This document shows positions 51,979-64,000 of a stretch of DNA of 64,000 bases, piece after piece. How positions within the stretch are numbered: position 1 is the stretch's first letter; each line of letters opens with the position of its first letter. This DNA is from Octopus sinensis (lineage: Eukaryota): positions 1 to 64,000 of the forward strand of contig NW_021836307.1 in assembly GCF_006345805.1 (NCBI RefSeq). Reading direction: 5' to 3'. The notes below the pieces were generated by a model. It was not told where the DNA came from. It made no database searches and was given only the letters and a program-made list of their open reading frames with translations. A program made the translations under genes and the position numbers.

Positions 51979-52977
51979 ACACAGTTCTGAAGGGAGACTC
52001 AAAATGTAACAAGGCTGGCCCCTTGTGAATTACAGGTACAACTCATTTTTGCCAGCTGAGGGGAGACTGGATCAACATGACATAAAGTGCTTTGCTCAAA
52101 GACACAGGGTGCCACTAGGAATCAAACTCACAACCATGCAACCATGAGCTGAACACCCTAACCACTTAGTCAGGTGCCTTCACTCACTGTTGAATAGATA
52201 TATGACTGCTCCAAGAGAGGGTGGGTGGGTGGTTGATAATTGGTGTGGAACAGAAACGAGAAATGTAGAAGGTAGCAAAATACTATTTGATTTCTATGAT
52301 AGCTTCCTATACCCAAGTACATCAACATATTTTACAATTAAGATGAGATAGCCATGATTCGAAATATAAATTAGATTCACTTTGGTATGGCTCCTTCCAT
52401 GAACAGCTAACATGGTTCAATAACCAAAGCCAATGCTTAACTCTTTGCCATTCAAATTACTGTCAAATGTAGTACTTATTTATTTGCATTGTTTTGAATT
52501 AATCATGCAGAATTAATCAATAGAATTCAATAACGTGATTGATTTTTTTTTTCTCACAATAGCATCAGATGGAAGGTGTGAGAGAGATTTGGCCACTTTG
52601 AACACAAAACAGACAGAATATTTGGGCTCAACACGGCAGGTTTAAATGTGGAACTGTTAAATAAAGATAAGAAATCACAGTCAAGATTCAAAGCTGCCAT
52701 CAATGACAATTCCAAAAGAATCGAAGGTTCATAATGGTTCAAAGAGTTTCATTGTGTTTTAAAGTAGACTCTGAAATTTTACTTCAACTAATTAATCTGA
52801 GATAACAAACGTTATCAAATCGCTATCAGCAAATGATGTCTACAGTAACGAATGGCTATCGGCTATCAGCTGATTCCCATCTCATCAAACAAACATAAAC
52901 CAATGTTTATCAGACATAAGAACGTCAGCAGCTGGGTACCTACCTCCCCAAATGCTTCCTTCTCCCCAAATACCTAC

Positions 52978-53100
52978 CTCACCAAATGCTCCTCGTCCAA
53001 TCACCTTCAAGGATTCAAAGTCATCAACACCGAGGCGAGATCGTTTCAAACGGAGGAATTCTGTTTCTTTCACAGCATGTTGTTGACGCCGCTCACTTTT
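52978..53100 (-). CDS. STK38: NDR kinase coding exon (123 nt): [41 protein letters not shown]
   Basis: Acceptor ctgacag, donor GAG|gtaggt, phase 0-0. Encodes the end of the N-terminal regulatory (MOB-binding) region and the Gly-rich loop. Confidence 0.96.
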
Positions 53101-53594
53101 CTGTCAGGTAAAAAGATTATGAAGTTAGTCATCGAACAGTCTCACAGATATCATTTATGTAGATGCACACACAAACACATATTTGAAGCTTATCAATACA
53201 TTATTATATCATCTACATATGTATATATCAGAAACATTACATACACTAAGAGAAACACTGCTCTCTGAATGGTTGGCATTAGGAAGGGCATCCAGCCATA
53301 GAAACAATGCCAAATCAGACTAGAGCTTGGTGCAGCCCCTCACCTTACCAGCCCTGGTCAAACCGTCCAACCCATGCCAGCATGGGCAAATGGATACTAA
53401 ATGAAGATGATGATAATGAAATATATATATATTATATTTTTCTCTCCTCTCTGTTACAAGGCACAAGCACTAACACACACACGTACACACACAACAGGAA
53501 ATTCAATCACAAGTTTTCAGACTGCCCGAGGTAATAGCAGAAAACACCTGCTCAAGGTGCCATGCAGTGGGACTGAACCACCATGCATCTGGAA

Positions 53595-53656
<62 letters not shown>

Positions 53657-54817
53657 ATAAATTAATAAATAAAACATATGCATATATACATACATATATG
53701 TACGTACCTACCTCTACATGTATATATACATGCATATATGGGTACAGGACACCAAACAAAACGTCGAACACAATGAGAAATGAAAACATGAACACAAAAA
53801 CAAGGAAATGGACATTTCTTTTAAACAACGAAAAAATAGAGTACAGGACATACAAAACAAGGAAAATTCCCCTTCTTCAGTCGCCTTAGTTTCATCTACT
53901 CCACGTTTCGAAGGTCAAGGCGATACATGACTTCAATAAAACTTTCCTTCCCGCGAAAATCAAATTAAATAAAATTTGAGATTTTTTTGCGGAGGGTTAA
54001 AAATGGTAACAAAAACAGGACAGTAACGACAGTACAAAATATAAACAGTAAAAGACAGGACAAGGAGAATAACAGTAACACAAACAAGAAGGGCTGTTAA
54101 GCCAAACAAGATAAAAAATTTTTACGAACGCTATTTTTTGAGAACGGCAGAGAGCAACAGATTTTACTGTCTCTACTTTCATTAGGGTAATAGAGTGAAG
54201 CATGTGTGTCTCTTTATGGATGCAAGTATATATATATATAATGATGATATATATGGTGGGGGTGTATGTATATATGTGAGTGTGTATACACACACATGTA
54301 TGTATGTATATATATACACGTACATGCATATGTATGTGTGTGTGTATATATATATATGGTGTGTGTGTGTGGTATATATATTTTCATGAATACATGATGC
54401 ATACATTTGTGCACACATGCATATATATTAATTTAAAATGAGGGTGAGAAATTAGATGTTAATTTAATTAACATCTATTTCACACCAGTGGTCTAGTATA
54501 TAAAAAACTGAAGGTTCAGTAAAATTGTGTTACATAGCGGATCTATTTCTAGCATAAGGGTGTCCACATAGTGGTTTCCCTCTAATATGTGTTTATATAT
54601 ATATATATATATATATACTTGTTAATGTATGTATGTGTATGGCTTTCATTTATAATATACTCACCTACTAATAATGTGTAACCATGATGCATGCAAGCAC
54701 ACACATGAATTCACACACACACACACACACACGCTCTCTTCACTCACTGACACCCTCACTCACCCTCTCATATGCATATATGTAAATGAATTGGTTTGGA
54801 GGAAGAGGCTTCACTTA

Positions 54818-55115
54818 TTCATCATCATCATCCAGTGTTTTAAATCTGGGTTTTGTCCCCATTAACAAGGGGTGGCTGGCTCTACCTGAATGCCATAGCA
54901 ACTGCCTTCACACCATCTTGCCCAGTTTTGAGCATCCCCCCTCTCAACCCAACCCTCCCAATCTCCTCCTCCACCTGTCCCCTTCGCATTTTCCTCAGTC
55001 TACCTCACCTCCGCTGTCCATTTACCTCAAACTCAAGCACCCTCCTCAGAACAGGCTCCTCATCCCTCCTCAACACATGCCCGTACCGCCGCACTCCATT
55101 CGCCCTTGCCAGCAA
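54818..55115 (-). mobile_element. 3' end of a second RTE family
   Basis: Minus-strand ARANGVRRYGHVLRRDEEPVLRRVLEFEVNGQRR.GR, then a short 3' UTR ending ctggatgatgatgatga. Confidence 0.7.
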
Positions 55116-56120
55116 TCAACTGAATCACCTGCTTGTTTAATTAGCCTATTAGTGGATGGGTATACCTTCAATGTAATTTTCAGGTAGAATCAGTGTGATA
55201 CAGTGTGTGTGTGTGTGTGTGAGACAAGGCTGGCTGTTTGAATTATAGATGCAATCCATCCGCTAGGATTCCATGCAGTTTCCCTCTACCCAGTTGCAGT
55301 CACAAGGCTTGGGATAGCACAAGACACTTGCTGAAGGAACCACTCTTTGTGATTGAACCTGGAACCTTGTTTGGGAAACAACCTTTTAACCATTCAGCCA
55401 AGCTGTATTCACACTCTTACATATCTATGCAGGTACACAGTGCGTGTGTGTGTGTGCGTGCAAGCGTATGGTTATGATATACTACTATTTATACTCCCAT
55501 GCTATATACTATGGTATATTATACTCCTATGATGTACTACATACTATATACTACTATGATATACATACACACACACATATACACATCATTATGTGTGTAC
55601 AGGTACAGAGTTTTAGTATGTGTGGTGTATGTAAGTGTGGAGTATGTGTGTAGCTGTCTAGCATGATACCCACACACACACACATGGTGGTTGTCTACTC
55701 CTTATGCAGAGTCTGACCACCTCTTGTACCTACACCTTAGATCCATCATGGGTGGGATGGTTTGAAAGGAAGAGCAAGTGAGAAATTGCACCAAACCCTA
55801 CTGTCTGTTTCGGCATCGTTCCTACAACTGGATGTCCTACAACTGCACCTCCCAATCCCCATCTGCCACTTGCCTCTTCCGCCTCACAAACTTACCCACA
55901 TATACTATTTCTCTCTCACACACACGTGTCATACTCTGCAGATGTGCATATATATACATATGTTAGAGTACACATCATGAGTGTGAGACAAAGAAAGAGA
56001 GATAACGTGTGTATTATGCAAGCATGCTACTTAACAGGATACTAAGTATTAAACAATATAAAAATCTTATCTAGCCTTCCTTCAGCTACACAACATACAT
56101 ACATACATACATACAAACAT

Positions 56121-56155
<35 letters not shown>

Positions 56156-56620
56156 ATATACTCACACATATATACACACACGCGTGCGCACGCATGTATA
56201 CCTGTTTATTTATTGGGTCGTTCTTTCATCTGATAACATTGCTTTACTCATCCACGAGTTAGACATAGCATTCACTGCCTGCCTCTACCTCCAATGTGAT
56301 TATGGCAAAGACATCTGTTGGCCCCAAACAAGTAATCTGTTTATGAGAAGGCTTTGATTTCAACTTAACTGAAGCGTATGGTTGGAATATATGCACAAGG
56401 CATCCGTTAGACCAGAGCTGCAGTAGAAGACACTTGCCCAAGGTACTGTGCTGTGTCAAGGTCAGTCCTACTGCACAGCACCTTGACCACCAATGTCTGC
56501 TACTATAGCCCAGGGCTGACTAATGCTTTGTGAGTAGATTTGGTAGACAGAAATTGTGTGGAAGTCCTGTGTGTGTGTGTTCAAATGGTTTGCAGTTTTA
56601 AGTTCAGAACCTCATTCTTG

Positions 56621-57230
56621 TACAGAGTGTTCAAAACATCTCTCCACAGTAAGTATTTTATTGCAAAATAAATATTTACAAGAATATTTTAGACTTTACA
56701 AAACTTTAAAAAACTTTGTACGAGCTGCTAAAAGTGTCGTCCTTCATTTTCAATACATAAAATTTAATTTCTTTTTTACTGCCATGTGAGCACTGCCTAG
56801 ACTGATTTCCATTTCTTGTGACAATTTGCATAAGGACTTTGACGGGATTACCAACAGTTTACCAGAAATATTGGAGAGTGTTTCGTCTGCAAGAACTGTA
56901 GGCCTACCGCTTCTTGCTGCGTCTTCCATTGAGCCTGTGTTTCTAAATTTTCTTATGAAATCCTACACAGTGTCACAATGTGGAACAACAGTATTTAGAA
57001 AAGTTTCACTGAACTTCTGTCTCACAGTATCTGTGTATTTGCTCCCAGCTCGAAACACCCATTCAACTTAAAAAGGGTACGTTCTTTAATGGTTAGCATG
57101 TTGACACACTGAAGGAGACCCAATGACTGAGGAACAATAGCTGACACGCGGCTGCCCATGCTGTGATAGCCATGTTGTGCATGTGCAGGATGAAAAAGAT
57201 TCACTGCCGAGAGACTTTTTGAAACATGTA
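56621..57230 (-). mobile_element. Internally deleted mariner-like element (HTH N-terminus fused directly to the extreme C-terminus)
   Basis: Imperfect ~30-bp TIRs with TA ends. From ATG 57099: MLTIKER..VEWVFRAG.KYT...KFRNTGSMEDAARSGRP...PSKSL.KLSQE...AVKKKL, then ENEGRHF. The DDD domain is absent. Confidence 0.75.
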
Positions 57231-57256
57231 CAAAAACATGGGTTAAGAGAAACCAT

Positions 57257-57287
<31 letters not shown>

Positions 57288-57599
57288 TCTACTACCACCA
57301 CCACTCTGAATCCTCACATCTTGAATGGTGGCCTTAAAACCAATTATTCATAGGTTCGAATCACAGTGATGTTGCTTCTGTCTGCCATCCTTTTGTGGGG
57401 TCCAAATCAAATAAACTAAAGCATAAGTTGAGTGTTGGAGTGTATCAAATTGATTGTTACCCCAAATCTAAAATATGTGGCCTTACAATTCTGCTACCGG
57501 CAGGTGGTGGTGGTGGGGTTGGCGGTATTGGTAGAGTGCTGGGCAAAACGCCTTGCAGTATCTAGTTTCATTAATCCAGGTTCTGAGTTCAAATCCTGC

Positions 57600-57751
57600 T
57601 AAAGTTAACTTTATTATTATCATTATTATCATATTATTATTATCATTATATTATCATTATTATTATTATCATTATTTTATTATTATTATTATCATTATTT
57701 TATTATTATTATTATTATTATCATTATTTATTATTATTATTATTATCATTA

Positions 57752-57814
<63 letters not shown>

Positions 57815-57820
57815 TATTGT
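57600..57820. repeat. (ATT)n/(ATC)n trinucleotide tract
   Basis: Visible directly. Confidence 0.95.
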
Positions 57821-60785
57821 TGTTTCTTTTCTATACACTGTGATAACAGCTTTCTTATAATAAATCTGAAAAATCTTATGAAAACTTTAAAAGCTTTCAA
57901 TATTCTGTAAATAAACTTGTGAAAGTTGAATACAAGATGGGATTGTTCACTTCCTATGCATTATTCTATGTCCTGTTCGTGCATTTTTGGCTACTTTCTC
58001 TGACAAGTGCACCTAAGCACTGTACACAATAAGTTCATTATTATATCATTATTATGATGGGAAGATATTTTAATCAGTCTTGGCCGAAATATAACTGACA
58101 CCAAGTAAATGACACACACATCTACATTAAACAGTATTCAGAAATTGATAGCTTTTATCGGATGACTCATCTTGGAAGAAATAACAACCGAATAACCACA
58201 GCCCATTTGACCCTTTAGTGTTTAAACTAGCCATATCCGGCCCAAATATTCTACCTGCTTTGTGTTCAAACTGGCTATATTCAGCCTCTCACACCTTCCC
58301 TACAATGTCATACTAAAAATAAACAAGCACACCATCAATATCTCAATGCAAAAAGATAATGAATGAGCGATTTAAAAGAAGGTGAACAAAGCAGTTGACC
58401 GAATAATCCAGATGCTGAAGGGTTAACAAAGTAATTTTAGATTCATAATGACTGATATAAAATGGAAGGTCATCAGAGATGGAATACCTTTGGTCATTTG
58501 GGTTTCTTAATAATGTTTGCTTAAGGACCAAACAACATCAATGGTTTTGAAAATAGAAGCAAGTAAAAATTAAAAATAATGAATTATACTCTGACTTTCC
58601 ATGCCTTACAGAAAAATATTTCCCAAATTTGGTATCAGTTCTGAAAACCTGAAATAATTTGGACTGTAGCAAAGCCACTTGAGAAAATAATTGGCTATTA
58701 AACTCCTGTTAATTAACCAGAAAAGTATTAGATTGTACTTCAGGAGTAAATAGAAAGAAAATGAATGAAAGAGAGGAAGAAAACGCTCCAGTATTTGTGG
58801 TCCTTGTGCAATTTATTGGGCTATGTACTGTAAGATGGTGAAACTTCTCAGCAGAACACTAGTGTTTTATGTATTCCACACAGAAAGAAACCCAGATAAA
58901 CACATTAATATAATTGTCTTGTCTGATATTTTCAGCAAAATCTAGCAATGATAATTCTAGATAATGTTTCTAACAAAGATCTACTAAAAACAGCAGTCAA
59001 ATCTTCCTCAAATTAAACCCGAGCATCTTCAAAATAAAAAAACAAAAAGACAGTAGATTCCTGTAATCTGCAATAAACTATCTTTAAAGATGGGATGGTC
59101 ATGGTAGGTATTAATGAATGTGCGTGCATGTGTTATGTATATAGGTGGAGGCATAGCTATGCGGTTAATTCTGCTTCCCAATCATGTCACCTTGGACAAA
59201 CATCTTCTCTCATGGCTCCAGGCCACCCAAAATATTGTGAGTGGATTTGGCAGACGAAAACAAAAGGGAAGTTCATTGTGTCTATTTATGTATGCATGCT
59301 TGTATGTATGTATGTATATACATAGAGAGAGAGAGACACACACACACACATTTAGACATACACACATATATATAGACACAAGCATACAACCAGACACAAA
59401 CACATGCACATATAGACACAAACACACACATATACATACATACATACATACAGACACATACATACATGCATACATAGACAGACACATACACACATGCATA
59501 CGTACATATAGACACACACACACACACACCTCTTCCTCTATTCTTTCCTTCCTTCTCTTCACCTTATTGCAACCCGTCTTCGTCCTTTTCTCCATTCTAC
59601 TTACCTCATTCCTTCTTTTTCCTTCCCCTCCCCCATGCACTCACCATTCCTTCAGTGTCTCACTTTATAATCACCAGAAATGGCGCTGACCGAAAGTAGC
59701 ATTAATTGTTTGAGGTCATTTAATTTTTCTCAACTGATTAATAGACCAATTGAGGGAATCGAACAGTAACGAATCTATTATGACAGCCGGAAACAGCTGT
59801 AAGGCAAATTTATTCTCATAAAGGGAAAATATGTAATCACCATTATTTTTATCTTGTCCATCCGAACATGGCTGATGCCAGTACCCACAGACTGCCCCCC
59901 CCCCCCAATGCTGATGGCACATAAAATTCTTCCACTACCCTCTCGGAGTGGTTAGCGTTAGGTAGGGCATCCAGCTGTAGAAACACTGCCAGGTCAGATT
60001 GGAGCCTGGTGCAACCACTGGCTCTCCAGACCTCAGTCAAACCATCCAACCCATGTCAGCATGGAAAGCGGACGTTAATCGATGATGATGATGATGATGA
60101 TATTTATGTATATACTTATGTGTGAGTGTGTGTCCTTGTCATGACATCCCACAAAAATTGCCAATGAACGACATGCAATCTTCCTAGATAAGTGATGTTT
60201 GAAAGAATGGAGTAAATGCTACCTTACTTGGAAACAGATATGGGTTGGCAACAGGGAGAGCATCCAGCTTACAACAAATGTGCTTCAATGAATTTCATCT
60301 AACCCATTGCAGGCATGGAAAAGTAAACATTAAGATGATGGTGTATATATATATATATGTGTGTACCTGTTTTTTCTTTTGTGTGTGTGTGTGTAGGCAT
60401 GTGGTTGTTTGTATATGAATACATGAAAGTCCATATGCACAAACATGTATTTGTTTATGCAGAGAAACAAGCATACCTTCAAACATGCATTTAGACAGTC
60501 TTTTAGTAAAAATAATTGCAAACAATGAGAAGAGACACAAGTCCATTTGGTGTACAGCTACACAGTCACATAACACTTACCTTCATTTGCTGTAAACACA
60601 CACACATACATATATACACACATATACATAGATACACACACATATTTATACACACATATATACATACACTCATATACATACGTTCATACGCATATATATA
60701 CACATACACACACAAATACACTCACACACATATACACACGCACAAACACATACATGTATATAGATGCAAATATGTTTAGTTGTAA

Positions 60786-60820
<35 letters not shown>

Positions 60821-61274
60821 CACACACATATACATACACTCATACACGTGTGTGTATATACATATATATACACACACATACACGTGTATATAGATGTAAA
60901 TATGTTTATTTGTAAACACACATATTTATGTATACAGACACACACACACGTGTGGGTGTATTCAAAGCAGACAGATGGTTAAAAAGAAATATAAACAGAT
61001 AATAGTCCCCCCACCCAAATGTCAGTGTGTAGAAAAGAAAGCAAAAACTAAAAAAAAAAAAGAAATATGAACCAACCAACCAACCAACCAGCCAGCCAGC
61101 CTACCTGCCTGCCTGCCTGCCTGCCAGGACTTTCATTGGTCAGAGAGACTATAAGACACTACCAAATCAATAACAACAGCAACAAGCCTTATCCCCCCCC
61201 CCACAACACCTACCTCGCAGGGGAGGGGACATTCTCCTTGATTTATTTGCAAAAATGTCTCTGTTGCTAAGACT

Positions 61275-61580
61275 AGTGCTGGTGGTGGTGACAGCAGCAA
61301 GGGTGGTGGTGGTGGTGTTTAGTGTTGTGGTATAGATGGTGGTACTGGCAGTTGTGATTGTGGTGGTGGTGCTAATAGTACTGGTGGTAGTGCTGGTGGT
61401 GGTGCTGGCAGTGGCAGCGGCAACGGTGGTGGTGGCAATGGTGGTAGCAGTGGTGTTTGGTGTTGTGGTAAAGATGGTGGTGCTGGTGGTAGTGCTGGTG
61501 GTAGTGGTGGTGCTGGTAGCTGTGGTGATGTGAGGAAGGAACTGATAATGGCATAGAAGTGCTTGACCATTGGTGGTGAC
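61275..61580. repeat. Degenerate (GGT)n trinucleotide tract
   Basis: Visible directly; poly-Thr/poly-Val ORFs are compositional. Confidence 0.9.
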
Positions 61581-62536
61581 AGCAGTGAGTCCCAGGTCAG
61601 TCATGATTGAGGAGTCCCATGACTAAAGGCATTCCAGCCATGACCATTGCTGCATGGTAAAAACTTTCCTTCCCAACCATATTTCTGTTTTCATTTCAAC
61701 TGTACAGCACCTTGGGTAGCTGTCCTCCATAGCCCTGGGCCAATCAAAGCCTTGTGCCACATTGTACTCTTGAGCAAGACACTTTATTTCACACTGCTCT
61801 GGTCCACTCATCTAGAAAAAATGCGTAGTACCTGTAATTCAAGGGGGGGGGGGCATCCTTGACACCTGAATCTCCCTGAAAATTACATTAAAGGTATGTC
61901 TGTGGAGCACTCAGCCACTTGCACGTTAATTTCATAAGCAGGTTGTTCCGTTGATCAAATCAACTGGAACCCTCGTCCTTGTAACTGACGGAGTGTCAGT
62001 ATTTTTATACAAATAGATATATAAATAATGGACTCTCCTGTCATTAGACGACATATGATGGTTCAGGAATTCCTTGCCAAACAACCACACATGATTTGCT
62101 TACAGCGATCAAATGTTTGTGCACACATAAGCTCACTCCTTCCATCAAATTGACATCACCTGTACAGGTGTATCGTGTGCCACTTGCCAGATGATGAAAC
62201 GATCACAGAACAATGTGAAATGAAGTGCTTTGCTCAAGAGTGCAACACAACTTCCAGTCCAGGAATCAAATCTTTGATCTCACAATCGTGAGTGCAACAC
62301 CCTAACCACCAAGCCATGTGCCTTAAATATATATATATATATAAAAGATGGAGGTGGAAATAGCACAGAAGTCTAAGACATCTCAATTTAAGAGGGAATT
62401 TTTTTTTAAATCATTAAAAAATCATATAAAGAAGATATTATTAGTTTCAATGTATCTCATCTTATCAAATATCAGTAAAAATTTGAAGTAAAAACAGTTT
62501 ATCTTCTGTCTGGATGTCAAAAACAAACACATACAC

Positions 62537-62614
<78 letters not shown>

Positions 62615-62622
<8 letters not shown>

Positions 62623-62860
62623 GGTGATCCAAAAATACGTTTACATGTTGTTCAACGATCTCTTTTGTATTCATATATTAACAGTTTAGATCTTAATTAT
62701 AAAAGAAATATGAAACCCTTATTCTCTGCTAATTTAGTTAATTTTGTCAAGCTCCCTTTTCAGTTTGTAAGGTAGAAATTTAAATGCAATAAAATGTTTT
62801 AAAAGAAATTTCAAGTGCTTACGTGATAACTATAAACCTACTTTTGGGCCACCCTGTATA
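62615..62860. mobile_element. Tc1/mariner-type MITE
   Basis: Left tatacacatggtgatccaaaaatacgtttaca versus right reverse complement tatacagggtggcccaaaagtaggtttata; AT-rich non-coding interior. Confidence 0.65.
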
Positions 62861-63593
62861 CACACTCACACACACACACACAAAGATACATACTGGATGT
62901 CAACTCATGATTCAGACCATTTCCTAAACTCTATGCAAATCTTCCAAGAGTCCAAGAAGTTCTTGTGCATGTCACACAGCACTGAAATGACTTGTCAGAG
63001 CAAATCCCCTACAAAACCAGTGGCACAACAGAGGCTGAGCCCTAGAGACCCTGCCAGATCAGGCTGGAACCGTGTGCAGCTCTCCAGCTTGTCAGTTCCA
63101 ATCAAACTGCTAACTGATGATGATGGAATTGTTATTCTTTTACTTGTTTCAATCATTTGACTGTGGCCATGCTGGAGCACTGCCTTGAAGGATTTTAGAC
63201 GAACAAATCAACACCCAGGACTTATTTTCTAAGCCTTGTACTTATTCTGTTTTGCCGAATGACAAAGTTACAGGGACATAAACACACCAACACCAGTTGT
63301 CAAGCAGTGATGGGGGGGGGGGCAAATAGACACACAGACAAACACACATACAACTATACACACACACATATATAAATATATATATATATACACACATACA
63401 CACAATGAGCTTCTTTCAGTTTCCATTTACCAAATCCACTCAAAAGTCTTTGGTCAGCCTGAGGCTATACTAGAAGACACTTGGCCAAGGTGCCAGACAG
63501 TGGGACTGAGCCTGAAACCATGTGGTTGGGAAGCAAGCTTCTTACTCCACAGCCATGACTGCACTTATATATATGTATGTATCTATCTATATA

Positions 63594-63655
<62 letters not shown>

Positions 63656-64000
63656 TATGCATGTATATAAAAGATATATATTCAGGCCATTATACAATAT
63701 GCCCGCTTTCAATGACAATGCTGTGCAATTTGAAAGAGCTTTGCTGCTACTTGTAACAAGTCAAGCAACTGTTACCTCACTGGCTCCAAGGTTCTCAGAC
63801 TGGTTTATGACAATGATGATGATAATGGCGAGAGGAGGTGGTGCAGGTAGTTTCTGAGTGTGTGGGGTGGGGTTGAGATAAGAGTGGGGGAAGGTGATGG
63901 TTGGGTGGTAGAGATAACAGTGGTAATGTGTGCAAGGAAGGTGGGTGTGTGGGTGGGTAGTAAAGCCGACAGTAGCAGATGGCTGTTACCACCCCTAATA

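Noticed and set aside
53860-53960. Minus-strand cgaaacgtggagta...ctgaagaagg, resembling hammerhead parts
   Set aside because: Could not build a consistent stem I and stem II in any of the three topologies.
63776-63830. Candidate for the missing upstream kinase exon (ENLGASE|gtaac)
   Set aside because: No AG acceptor at a suitable distance and poor similarity to the expected NDR N-terminal segment.

Overview
Eukaryotic, AT-rich, microsatellite-dense DNA. The repeat content resembles a coleoid cephalopod, probably Octopus (inference from recalled repeat families, not checked). The one supported host gene is a minus-strand NDR-family AGC kinase (STK38/NDR1-2/tricornered-like). I reconstructed 11 coding exons by hand (53100 down to 7536; 1221 nt = 406 aa + stop), all with AG/GT boundaries and consistent phases. 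The roughly 60 N-terminal residues were not found and probably lie beyond position 64000. The introns are filled with RTE LINEs (one with a 590-aa open RT region), non-autonomous RTE-tail elements, three SINE families, Tc1/mariner relics and MITEs, piggyBac-type TTAA MITEs, and Penelope-like and RLE-type fragments. Most listed ORFs are microsatellite or antisense artefacts. The most interesting signals are: (i) a complete type I hammerhead ribozyme fold at 13954-14044 inside a non-coding element with inverted and direct terminal repeats, plus a palindromic twin hammerhead variant at 4031-4194 and several decayed relatives; (ii) young perfect fold-backs in the kinase introns (228-bp arms at 18921-19479; nested 73-bp and 43-bp stems at 37732-38111); (iii) a ~62-bp repeat array in the RTE 3' UTR whose core can be drawn as a compact H-type pseudoknot; (iv) two RTE copies that share the same (TA)n junction.
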